A DNA stretch of 63,386 nt, the filler included. It is 8 parts of 8 records of this genome, joined end to end, with 100 filler letters (N's around TTAATTAATTAA, not from the genome) between each part and the next. Parts side by side here need not be neighbours in the genome. Positions count along the whole stretch, not along the records: positions 40,223 to 48,608 come from SRR31156797_43076; positions 48,709 to 57,739 come from SRR31156797_43093; 6 more parts are not named here. One strand, given 5' to 3'. Below the pieces are notes generated by a model that saw nothing but the letters and a program-made list of their open reading frames with translations, was not told the origin of the DNA and did no database searches. Positions 41,999 to 50,786 of this stretch are shown here, in pieces. The translations under genes were made by a program, and so were the position numbers. How positions within the stretch are numbered: position 1 is the stretch's first letter; each line of letters opens with the position of its first letter.

Positions 41999-42841
41999 CT
42001 ACTGCTTTTCCGATTGACTTTCTTTTTCTTTTGCCAGCCACTTTGCGAGTTGTTTGCGGTATTTTTCGGGGAAGGTGTGGCCGGTGTCTTTCATGGTGAT
42101 GACGGTGAGGTCGATGTTGAGTTCATCGGCGATCCGGCTGAGCAGTTCGGACTGCATGAGTTTGAGCTCGCGGCCCCGATCTTTTTTGTCGCCCTGGAGG
42201 ATCATGAAGCGGCAGGTCCGGGTGGGGATCTTGTGGAAGTCGGTCAGGTGGAACATGCCGTGGTCGATGATGCAGAAGTTGTGGAAGTTGCTGAGGATGA
42301 ACTGATCGTTACTGGTGATCAGGACGCTGAGGGTGATCGCGCCGTTGGAGAAGCCGGTGATGAGGCTTTTGTCGGGGTCGTGGTTGGGGACGATTTCGAA
42401 GACCTTCGACAGCATGGTTTTGTATGCGGCGGAGATGGTCGGGTAGTCGCTCATGGAGACGAGGAGGCCCTTGTAGACTTCGTTGGTGTCGACCTCGGTC
42501 TTGAAGAGGGGCAGGCCTACGGCTACCCAGTCGCGGTCGCCGACGATGGAGCGGGCAGGCTCGATGTCGCCGTTGGGGCCGCCGTGGTTGCCGCGAATGT
42601 AGACGACGATGGGATACGTCTTTTCGGGATCGAAATTCGCGGGCAGTGCGACGCTCATGGTGGTTCGGCGGGACTTGCCGGTCAACATGGTGTAGAGGGT
42701 CGGGGGCAGGTCGGATGGGGTGAAGGGGACCTCTACGATGCGGGGTTCGGTGGGTTTTTCGGCCGGCTGGGCCTGATCGGCATAGCAGAGCGAACCTGCG
42801 ATGCAGCAGATGGCCAGGGTGATTATGAGGGATGATTTCAT
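41999..42841 (-). CDS. Secreted alpha/beta hydrolase-fold protein
   Basis: Signal peptide, GFSNG nucleophile elbow, GHTFP His motif. Confidence 0.7.
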   Translation of the reverse strand: MKSSLIITLAICCIAGSLCYADQAQPAEKPTEPRIVEVPFTPSDLPPTLYTMLTGKSRRTTMSVALPANFDPEKTYPIVVYIRGNHGGPNGDIEPARSIVGDRDWVAVGLPLFKTEVDTNEVYKGLLVSMSDYPTISAAYKTMLSKVFEIVPNHDPDKSLITGFSNGAITLSVLITSNDQFILSNFHNFCIIDHGMFHLTDFHKIPTRTCRFMILQGDKKDRGRELKLMQSELLSRIADELNIDLTVITMKDTGHTFPEKYRKQLAKWLAKEKESQSEKQ

Positions 42842-43028
42842 TTCGGGTCTCCTGTGAGAATTTGAGCGGCACACGTATCTATCGGGATACCTTTTTGAGG
42901 TGGGGAAATCCAGAGGGTTTCAGCAGGTTTTCTGTATGAAAGTGTAACGTCGCTTCGCGACGTGGATTAAGGGGTATGGATTAAGGATTATGGAAAAAGG
43001 GGTCGCTTTGCGACGCGGATTTTTTGTT

Positions 43029-43180
43029 CATCGGCTGGAAGCCGATGCTACGGAGGGCGACCACCGGTCGCCCCTACAGGATTGCTGGTGAAAGGAAAGG
43101 CACGAAGGTCCACCACAACAATCCAGGTGTATCGGGTAATCGCAGATGCGTATGAGGGCAGACACACAGGTCTGCCCCTA
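43029..43180 (-). repeat. Cluster of GTAG-type REP palindromes
   Basis: Minus strand reads GTAGCATCGGCTTCCAGCCGATG, GTAGGGGCGACCGGTGGTCGCCC and GTAGGGGCAGACCTGTGTGTCTGCCC. Confidence 0.7.
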
Positions 43181-43327
43181 CGAAAACCAGGCAATTGGAA
43201 AGCGAGGAGCCGATAATCGGGTATATCGCTGTGCGAGGTATATTTCTGTGGGTGATATTCAAGTGAGGGGTATATTCGGCCGACAAGGTCATCGGGGGAG
43301 GATTGTTCTGCATGAAAGGAAATCGTC

Positions 43328-43675
43328 ATGAGTCAGTCGAAAGGGTTTCGGAAAGAGCTTGTCGGATCGGCCACCAGTATGCTCGTGCTGTCGGTGCTGA
43401 AGGAGTCGCCGGGGCATGGGTACCAGATTGCGCAGACGGTGAATGAGCGGTCGGATGGATTGCTGAAGTGGCGCGAGGGGGCGATCTACCCGATGCTGCA
43501 TCGGCTGGAGAAGCAGGGACTGATTCATGGGAAGTGGGAAGTCGAGGAGAGTGCGAAGCCTCGCCGGGTGTATCGGTTGACGGACTCGGGGGTTCGGGCG
43601 CTGGATGAGCAGCGGGATGAGTGGGCTTCGTTTTCCGGTGTGGTGAACCGGTTGCTGGAGGTGCGGTATGCGTGA
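43328..43675 (+). CDS. PadR family transcriptional regulator
   Basis: HGYQI, EGAIYPMLHRLE and RRVYRLTDSG motifs. Confidence 0.93.
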   Translation: MSQSKGFRKELVGSATSMLVLSVLKESPGHGYQIAQTVNERSDGLLKWREGAIYPMLHRLEKQGLIHGKWEVEESAKPRRVYRLTDSGVRALDEQRDEWASFSGVVNRLLEVRYA

Positions 43676-44582
43676 GCGTGAACGGTATGATGTGGGGGTG
43701 TACCTGGATGGATTGCTGGGACGATGGACGAGGCTGCTCCCCTGGCGGGAAGAGCTGGGGGATCATCTGGAAGAATTATACGATGTGAAGCGTGGTGAGG
43801 GGCGATCTTCGGATGAGGCGTGGGATGAGACGCTGCAGGAGTTCGGGGATGTAAAGCAGGTCGGGGAAGAGCTGTGGCAGGAGCATAAGCCGCGCGGGCT
43901 CGTGGTTCGCGGGGTTGTTGTGGCGGCGGCGATAGGATGCGTGTTGTGGATGGTGGGTAGTGCCGGGGTTTTCGCTGATGCGTATGTGATGGCACTTGTA
44001 ATGATTCCGCTTGTCGGGGGGATTGCCGGGGTGCTGCTGTCGAAGGAGATGCGGCTTCGGGATGTGGACCGGTTGATGCGATTGTCGCTGGCGGGAGGTT
44101 GTGTTACGGGTTTGACGATGATGGTACTGGTGTATCCTGATCCATCGAGGCTGGGTGCCGGTATGGCGATCTGCGTGTTGAGTGCGTTGTTTGCGATCGT
44201 GCTGCTTCGGCTCGGTTTCTGGCTGATGCTGCTTTTCGGTATCGCGAATATTCTCGCCTTATCGATCGTTTCCTGGCTTATGACCGGATCGGTTATTCTT
44301 GATTTCTTCCGTTATGAGACAGCAATCGTTGAGGAGTACTTCGTATTGACTCTTGCGGGAATCGGACTTGGCTGGGTTCGATGGGGCGAGGGGGGTATCA
44401 TCCGACATCTGCCACAGATTCTATTGGGGGCAATGTTTGTTCATATTATTGTCGTGATGTGGAATATTACATCGCCGAATGCGTTGTGGTCGGAGATGAC
44501 GCTGGTTGTGATTGTTGTAGTTGTGTGCCTGATGATGCAGCTGTATACATCCAGCAGGCAGGAAAAAAGAATACCTCAATAG
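43668..44582 (+). CDS. Membrane protein with N-terminal permease-prefix-like domain
   Basis: EELGDHLEE...EA...EFGD N-terminus followed by several TMs; overlaps the PadR stop. Confidence 0.7.
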   Translation: MRERERYDVGVYLDGLLGRWTRLLPWREELGDHLEELYDVKRGEGRSSDEAWDETLQEFGDVKQVGEELWQEHKPRGLVVRGVVVAAAIGCVLWMVGSAGVFADAYVMALVMIPLVGGIAGVLLSKEMRLRDVDRLMRLSLAGGCVTGLTMMVLVYPDPSRLGAGMAICVLSALFAIVLLRLGFWLMLLFGIANILALSIVSWLMTGSVILDFFRYETAIVEEYFVLTLAGIGLGWVRWGEGGIIRHLPQILLGAMFVHIIVVMWNITSPNALWSEMTLVVIVVVVCLMMQLYTSSRQEKRIPQ

Positions 44583-44639
44583 TGAACTGGCAGTGCGCTG
44601 TTGCTTTGTTACATCAATGCAAACCTGCGTTTTTTGAAG

Positions 44640-45707
44640 TCAAGGCGTATTTGCTCTTACTGGGAATTGTTCCAGGTAAGCAGGCCCAACATCTTTTACA
44701 AAAACGTATGGTGATTCGATCCGGGTGAAGCTTCTGAAGAGTCCACCATAAATCAGGACAAAGGGAGATAGAACGACCAGGGATATCCCAGCCCACAACA
44801 GGACCGGTACGACGGCATCCATCTCCGCAATTCCTGCCAGGACGGCAAACGCGAACGTCGCAAAGCCAGCGAAGAAAAAATACAAGGGCAATCGTTTTCT
44901 TCTACGCAGCATTCGAGCATGATCGCAACAGAACCAGAGCTGAACTCCGGCTGTCATCTCCAGTGCCACACCCACCTGAGCCGCAAGCGGGCAGATCAGG
45001 AGGAAACAGAAAAACCAGCGAGGAACATTGAAATAGTTGATGGTTTTCTGGTTGAGGTCTACATCCGTGTTGCAGATAGCGCATCGTTTTGGAAGGACCG
45101 CGTCCTCCCGCATCACCAGGAATCGTCCGCTTCGCGTCGTATCCTCGGAAATTTCGAGATGCTCATCGAACAGGTCTTTCGCCCCGGCAAGCGAAGCTCT
45201 TCTTTCACGGACCAGTCGCACACGTTGCTTTAATCCCTGGAAGAAGAGTGCGAAAAACAACCAGGGTGTAATGGGAATTATAAATGCGGCTATCGTATAT
45301 CCCTCATCCAGATAGGATTCGGTTGGATCGTCCGGATTGTAGTACACCCGGGGGTGACTGCTGGCCGGGTACTGATTGACAACATCCCGGTATTCATCCT
45401 GCCCAGGCTGGCTGAACAGGCCCGGCGAAATCTTGTTACTCCTGTATGTATTGCCATCCACGGAATAGCTGTATTGAATTGTATAGCCCGTGACCTGGTT
45501 GTTTGGTTTATATATCTTCAATTCCGAATGCAGGACCACACCCTCGGTCTGTGGCCATGCGGACACCTGCCAGGATTTATACAACCACCAGCAACCTGCC
45601 AGGGACAGTACGGGTGCGCCGATCAGAACGACAATTGACATGCAGATCAAAACCAGCTCAATGAACCAGTGATGAACGGCTTCTTTTCCGGAGATTGTAG
45701 TATTCAT
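44640..45707 (-). CDS. DUF3592 domain membrane protein
   Basis: WPQTEGVV, YSYSVDG and VYYNPDDPTESYL motifs; C-terminal CxxC-containing domain. Confidence 0.75.
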   Translation of the reverse strand: MNTTISGKEAVHHWFIELVLICMSIVVLIGAPVLSLAGCWWLYKSWQVSAWPQTEGVVLHSELKIYKPNNQVTGYTIQYSYSVDGNTYRSNKISPGLFSQPGQDEYRDVVNQYPASSHPRVYYNPDDPTESYLDEGYTIAAFIIPITPWLFFALFFQGLKQRVRLVRERRASLAGAKDLFDEHLEISEDTTRSGRFLVMREDAVLPKRCAICNTDVDLNQKTINYFNVPRWFFCFLLICPLAAQVGVALEMTAGVQLWFCCDHARMLRRRKRLPLYFFFAGFATFAFAVLAGIAEMDAVVPVLLWAGISLVVLSPFVLIYGGLFRSFTRIESPYVFVKDVGPAYLEQFPVRANTP

Positions 45708-45832
45708 TTTTAAAATCCAGCCGCGTCGGATTCAATAACGGGCTTAACTGTTTACCTTTTCGATTGCAGAGATATTTTCATTGTGTCTCCCAAACACGAT
45801 TTTTTCAATTACCAGTGCAGAACAGGAAAGCT

Positions 45833-46729
45833 CTACCGTTCGCACCAGCCAATTACCCATCTGCAGGACTGAGGGAATCTGACCGGGGCGCGTCGTCCGG
45901 ATTTCAAATGGTGCAGGTAAACGGTTCTCTCAACGAACAATCTCGGTGGAACTTCATACATCACATATTCTCCACAGGGCGACATTCGCAGAAACCGGGA
46001 GTAGTCGTAGCCCATATTTGCATAGCCGATGATTTCGCCCGTTCGAGTATTCCAGATCTTGAGCGAAATACCCGGGCGAGAATGGGCTATTATATCGTCA
46101 TTTACCAAGACACCACTAAGTAAGCCTTTCTTTGATACTACACGAAATTCACCTTCGGGCTTCATTTGTGCGAGAATTTCTTTCTTTTGCAGAACGAACC
46201 CTTTCGATGTCCAGTGCCAATGGATCCGGTACAGAATAGTTCCTCCTTTCTCCACACGTGGCTGGTCGTATTTCGTAATTGCGAATTCTCCTGGTGATTC
46301 ACACGCTTGTGCCGTGCAGATCTGATTCCCGGCAATGAACGCGAAACGCCTGCCCCCCTTCTGGAGAACGGGTTCGAAATATCGCAACCCTTTTTGACCG
46401 ACATATTCGGTTACTATATCTCCACAAGCATCATAAAGCCTGAGAAAGCTTGCCCTTTCATCCTTTTCAACCGAGAGCAGACAGCCGGATTGAAAGTCAA
46501 ACGAAGCATCCAGACATTCGTTTTTTGTTGGAATTGTTCTATTTGATTTCAAAGCAGATCTACCGGCAAACAGATCTTCTGTTGAAACCATTCCTTCCAT
46601 GATTTCTCCATCGGGGGTGTAATAAGCGATACTCCATGTTTTCTGAGAAGGTGGCTGGCATCCAAAACACAACAGGAGAACACTACCCAAGAGGATTGCA
46701 AAGCCATAACATTTCATTTTTTTGTTCAC
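45833..46729 (-). CDS. Hypothetical lipoprotein (possible beta-propeller)
   Basis: Lipobox-like CFGC; beta-strand-rich sequence. Confidence 0.5.
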   Translation of the reverse strand: MNKKMKCYGFAILLGSVLLLCFGCQPPSQKTWSIAYYTPDGEIMEGMVSTEDLFAGRSALKSNRTIPTKNECLDASFDFQSGCLLSVEKDERASFLRLYDACGDIVTEYVGQKGLRYFEPVLQKGGRRFAFIAGNQICTAQACESPGEFAITKYDQPRVEKGGTILYRIHWHWTSKGFVLQKKEILAQMKPEGEFRVVSKKGLLSGVLVNDDIIAHSRPGISLKIWNTRTGEIIGYANMGYDYSRFLRMSPCGEYVMYEVPPRLFVERTVYLHHLKSGRRAPVRFPQSCRWVIGWCER

Positions 46730-47297
46730 TCCCTTTGGAGAATCGAGTTTTCATCATGAAATCAACACCACACTCAGGACAGATTCCTGATTCATTTCCC
46801 GTCAAATTGTAGCTGCACTGACTACATAACCCTTTTCTTCTTCTGAAGAAAGCCCGAATGGACTTCCAGAAACACAACCCAAAAAGCAGTACCGCAACAA
46901 GAGCAGAAACAAGGATTATGGGGATCCTCAAATTGAAATACTCAAACAAGTCGTCAGTATTTGAAAAGGGAGAATTGTATTCACTTTTCAAAACTGAATG
47001 CTTGAGATATCGCTCTTCCATATTCTGATCATCTGGAAACCAGTATCGTATTGATGTTCGAGGAACTTGCCCCATTCCAGAAAATTCACTGAAAATGAAT
47101 AACATCCAACCTCGATAACACTGGATATAGAGTGCCTGTTCGAATCGAATACCCGGTTCGATCGGCCTTACCACCCACTCGATATGCGGTAATGGCCGAT
47201 AGCTGGCAATACACAAAACCAGCAATAGAACCAACAGAACGGATACGATTCGTATTACAAATGTCCGAAACCATTTGCGCATTATTCTAGCCTGCAA
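46683..47297 (-). CDS. Membrane protein with C-terminal CxxC-xYNL-CPECG zinc ribbon
   Basis: RRRKGLCSQCSYNLTGNESGICPECG. Confidence 0.7.
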   Translation of the reverse strand: MQARIMRKWFRTFVIRIVSVLLVLLLVLCIASYRPLPHIEWVVRPIEPGIRFEQALYIQCYRGWMLFIFSEFSGMGQVPRTSIRYWFPDDQNMEERYLKHSVLKSEYNSPFSNTDDLFEYFNLRIPIILVSALVAVLLFGLCFWKSIRAFFRRRKGLCSQCSYNLTGNESGICPECGVDFMMKTRFSKGSEQKNEMLWLCNPLG

Positions 47298-47478
47298 TCC
47301 TACCGGGTCAGCCAGAGTTTAAAGAACGGGTTTACAAATTTGTATTCATTGCCCGGCTTGTATAGTACACGAAAGGCTACGAGTTTTTCCAGTGCCCTGG
47401 AAACGGATGACGGAGTGCGGATGCCGGAGGTTTCGAGGAACGGAATGCATCATGGAAAGAATTGATTTAGAGACAACC

Positions 47479-48471
47479 CTATGATGCAAATGCGTAGATA
47501 ACCCAGATTAACATACCGAGATAAGCGAAGGCTCCTGAGCGGACAGTGGGGTTTCGCATGTGAAGGCAAACGAGGATTGTCGGAATGAGTGCAACGGTTA
47601 TGACTGCTATGTCTCCCGGGGGAAACACCTGAAATTGCAGCATGAATCTATCGACGGATTTAATCCATTTCAGGGGTAAGCTTCCATACGAAAACAGGAG
47701 CAGTTTTTCTCTTATATACATCAGGAAGACAACGAGAAGATATACTACAAGCATCGAGATGGCGACGATTTTTCTGCTTTCAAGAAGCCTGTGTGGTTTA
47801 TCTTCGACGTCGGGGGTGTAGGAGTTACCGCATTCGGGGCATCGAGGCTCCGGTAGATCGCGGAGCAGGTAACCACACCTTCGACAGGTGCCGGTTCTCC
47901 ATCGATGGCAATACAGAGCGGCACGTCGTGAATAATGGAATGCGGGAAACAAAGCGCAAAGAATGAGCGGGAACCAGATGGGGAACCTTACCCTGTAGGC
48001 CAAATCGCCGTGCGTATGCCATGCGTCGAGTTCTTCCTTCGTGAAGCACTCGCACTCATCAGTACCCGGTTCGGGCTTTTCTCCAGGATTATATGCGCGT
48101 TTTGAAAAGTGGAGGAACAGCAAACTTTTGTCAGTCCATATCTGCTGGCCAGGAGGTAGTTCATGTGGTTTAACAAGAATCAGTACAAATGATGAACCGG
48201 TTGTCTGAGCAAACAGTCTCCTGCCCTTTATCAAAGGAACACGAATGTAATTCCCCCGGATATAGCAGTCGCGATCCAAATACCAGTCAGCAAAATCAAC
48301 TGTGTAATTTCCCCGATCCAGGGGGCGTTCAGCAGTGTAGCCTTTATAGGAAAAGAAGAAGCAGAGAAGAGCCAGGCAGACCAGGACGAAGCGGAGGATT
48401 CGTCCTGGAAAAAAGAGTTTGACTATCCGAGATATGGTATTCAACTGCCTGCTTTCTTCCTGTTGGGTCAT
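47479..48471 (-). CDS. Membrane protein with CxxCGYxL-CPECG zinc ribbon
   Basis: FPIWFPLIL TM followed by CRRCGYLLRDLPEPRCPECG. Confidence 0.7.
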   Translation of the reverse strand: MTQQEESRQLNTISRIVKLFFPGRILRFVLVCLALLCFFFSYKGYTAERPLDRGNYTVDFADWYLDRDCYIRGNYIRVPLIKGRRLFAQTTGSSFVLILVKPHELPPGQQIWTDKSLLFLHFSKRAYNPGEKPEPGTDECECFTKEELDAWHTHGDLAYRVRFPIWFPLILCALFPAFHYSRRAALYCHRWRTGTCRRCGYLLRDLPEPRCPECGNSYTPDVEDKPHRLLESRKIVAISMLVVYLLVVFLMYIREKLLLFSYGSLPLKWIKSVDRFMLQFQVFPPGDIAVITVALIPTILVCLHMRNPTVRSGAFAYLGMLIWVIYAFAS

Positions 48472-48581
48472 GAATTAAAAACACTTAGTTGTCTTACGCA
48501 GATCTGCGTAATTGCTTATCGCAACATCGAAATAGGATATTCGCTGGCCAAAGTGTCGCTCCGCGACGTAATCTATCTGGA

Positions 48582-48604
48582 CATGGGCTGGAAGCCCATG
48601 CTAC
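48582..48604 (-). repeat. GTAG-type REP palindrome
   Basis: CATGGGCTGGAAGCCCATGCTAC, a sibling of the repeat at 43029. Confidence 0.65.
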
Positions 48605-48608
48605 GGGG

Positions 48609-48708
48609 NNNNNNNNNNNNNNNNNNNNNNNNNNNNNNNNNNNNNNNNNNNNTTAATTAATTAANNNNNNNNNNNNNNNNNNNNNNNNNNNNNNNNNNNN
48701 NNNNNNNN
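48609..48708. other. Artificial contig spacer
   Basis: N-run with TTAATTAATTAA. Confidence 0.98.
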
Positions 48709-48812
48709 GGATATAAACCAAACATGACAAATTCACGCGAATCCGCGATGACCCAATGAGAAAAAATGAAAGAAGACCCCGGAAAATGCCGAGACGCGTA
48801 TTTTAAAGCTGC

Positions 48813-48905
48813 CCCATCACGGCGCCTTATTCATTACGGCATATGGCAGCTGATGTTGATGGGTTGCTTGAATCGCTAGAAATCGAAAAAGCCGATGTTT
48901 ACGGG
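48813..48905 (+). pseudogene. Alpha/beta hydrolase gene remnant
   Basis: PITAPYSLRHMAADVDGLLESLEIEKADVYG stops resembling a hydrolase just before the expected GxSxG. Confidence 0.55.
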
Positions 48906-48945
48906 AAAACGAAACCGTTTATCCGAACCCACAAGGTGAAAGAAT

Positions 48946-49794
48946 ATGGAAACAACCATAGAGGAACTGGTGACCGAAGCGTTGCGTGGATCCGGAAAGG
49001 ACCTGGAAGAGGTGGTTCGTCGCATTCAGGGAAGGGTGCACGCCCTTGCCCTGCGTATGCTGTTCCATCCCGCGGACGCCGAGGATGCTGTTCAGGAGAT
49101 CCTAATCAAGGTAATCACCCATCTCAAGAGCTTTCGATTCGAAGGACCTTTCAGAGCTTGGGTGATGAAAATTGCAGCCAATCATCTCCGGACCGTTCGC
49201 AAGGGACGCGTGGAAAAACGGGAATTGACCATGGAAAAGGCCCAAAATACCGTCGATCATGCGGAGGCCATGGGGTGGTTCTCGAGTCTCCCCGAGGCGC
49301 CCCTGCCCGTTATGGAAGTGGAAATTCGCTCGGCCTGCACCCAGGCCCTGCTTCTGGCCCTGGATCGGTCCCACCGGTTGGCTTTTGTTCTGGGGGTGGT
49401 CATGGATGTTTCGGGTCGTGAAGGGGCCTACATACTGGACATCACCCCTGCCGCATTTCGAAAACGCCTCTCCAGGGCCCGCCGGCGGGTCATGGATTTC
49501 CTGAGGACCAATTGCGGTTTGTTCAATGAAGCCAATCCATGCCGCTGCAGGGGCGTTTCGGCCGGCCATGTGAAAAAAGGCTGGATTGACCCGCAACGGC
49601 CCCTTTTCACTGCCGGATCCCCCCATGGTCAGGATGGAAACGTGCCCCTGGGGGCCTATATGAAAGAATTGGATGAACTTGGACGGGTTTCGGCCCTGTA
49701 CAAGTCCTTTCCGGAAAACAAAAGTGAAGCCGATTTCACTGACCTGGTCAAAGACCTGGTGGAAAAGGGGGATTACCGCGTTTTATCCGAATAA
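48946..49794 (+). CDS. ECF sigma-70 factor with Cys-rich C-terminal extension
   Basis: DAEDAVQE and FRAWVMKIAAN (region 2), RKRLSRAR (region 4), then CGLFNEANPCRC. Confidence 0.9.
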   Translation: METTIEELVTEALRGSGKDLEEVVRRIQGRVHALALRMLFHPADAEDAVQEILIKVITHLKSFRFEGPFRAWVMKIAANHLRTVRKGRVEKRELTMEKAQNTVDHAEAMGWFSSLPEAPLPVMEVEIRSACTQALLLALDRSHRLAFVLGVVMDVSGREGAYILDITPAAFRKRLSRARRRVMDFLRTNCGLFNEANPCRCRGVSAGHVKKGWIDPQRPLFTAGSPHGQDGNVPLGAYMKELDELGRVSALYKSFPENKSEADFTDLVKDLVEKGDYRVLSE

Positions 49795-49870
49795 GGCCTC
49801 GGCCCTAAGGCGAAATCAATTTTTCGGGCTTGGTTCTAACTTCGCCCACGTCCCTCTAAGCAGCTTTTGC

Positions 49871-49913
49871 ATATTTATAAACTAAATTTATAAATATTAA
49901 TTTATTCTTGACA
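49871..49913 (+). promoter_or_regulatory. AT-rich palindrome (candidate operator) next to a TTGACA -35 box
   Basis: ATATTTATAAA-CTAAA-TTTATAAATAT at 49871-49897; TTGACA at 49908-49913. Confidence 0.45.
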
Positions 49914-50027
49914 GCGAATCCCGCCTCTGTTACAGGAGATTGCATAGAAGTAGAATCAGGCTGTAAAGTCGCGAGATCTGTGTATCGCTTTTGTCCCTTT
50001 ATTTTTTGCCATTGGAAAAGAGCGCCG

Positions 50028-50675
50028 ATGAAAAATAAAAGTGACTTAGCCAAGGAAATCGGCCGCAGAGTGAAAGAGGTCCGAAACCGGGCCGGCCTGA
50101 CCCAAAAAAAACTGGCCCAAGCCACAAGCCTTTCCCCGGGGCTCCTTTCCAGAATAGAAAACGGCCTTGCCATGCCATCCATACCCACCCTGCAGATCAT
50201 CTCTGATATTTTGAAAACGGAAATGGAATATTTCTTTAAAGATCAAGAGGAAAAGGGGTTCGTGGTCACCCGTCCGGGTGAGCGCCGGGTTGTGGTCTCA
50301 AAATCCGGACCGGACGGAAAGAGTGCCTATGAGCTGGAACTCCTTGCCGAGGGGATGAACAACCCCTTTATGGAGCCGGCTCTCGTCACACCGGTGGGCA
50401 AGGAGGAGGACGTCCTGCCGAGGACCCATGACGGTCAGGAGTTCATGTATGTGCTTGAGGGCAACATCAAGCTGACGGCGGGATCCAAAGAGTTCACGTT
50501 GAAGAAAGGGAATGCGGCCTATTGGAACGGCAATGTCCCCCACAAAACCGTCAGGATAGGACGAAACAGGGCAAGGGCACTACATGTGCACTTGATCCCC
50601 GGACGTTGGACGGGAACCTTCCGGTATGAGGAACTTCCGGGGCGAATGGGGAAAGGTGGGAGCGGGAAGAAATAG
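50028..50675 (+). CDS. XRE family HTH regulator with cupin domain
   Basis: LTQKKLA...LSRIENG HTH; HDGQEFMYVLEG cupin. Confidence 0.92.
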   Translation: MKNKSDLAKEIGRRVKEVRNRAGLTQKKLAQATSLSPGLLSRIENGLAMPSIPTLQIISDILKTEMEYFFKDQEEKGFVVTRPGERRVVVSKSGPDGKSAYELELLAEGMNNPFMEPALVTPVGKEEDVLPRTHDGQEFMYVLEGNIKLTAGSKEFTLKKGNAAYWNGNVPHKTVRIGRNRARALHVHLIPGRWTGTFRYEELPGRMGKGGSGKK

Positions 50676-50786
50676 GGTAAAGAACATGAATTACTTATGC
50701 GGGGATCTGCAATAGGGAAAGGAGGTGAACACCGAAAACCTCACCCACAAACATGGAACCAACCCAAAAGAGAAAGGATTGAGATC

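Noticed and set aside
42014-42835. 273-aa antisense ORF, and similar long shadow ORFs such as 40171-40992, 50820-51491, 58971-59720 and 61716-62429
   Set aside because: They lie opposite well-supported genes, are explained by GC-rich codon bias, and carry no motifs.
48843-49421. 192-aa ORF overlapping the ECF gene
   Set aside because: Only the first ~21 codons look like protein (the hydrolase remnant); the rest is an alternate frame of the sigma factor.
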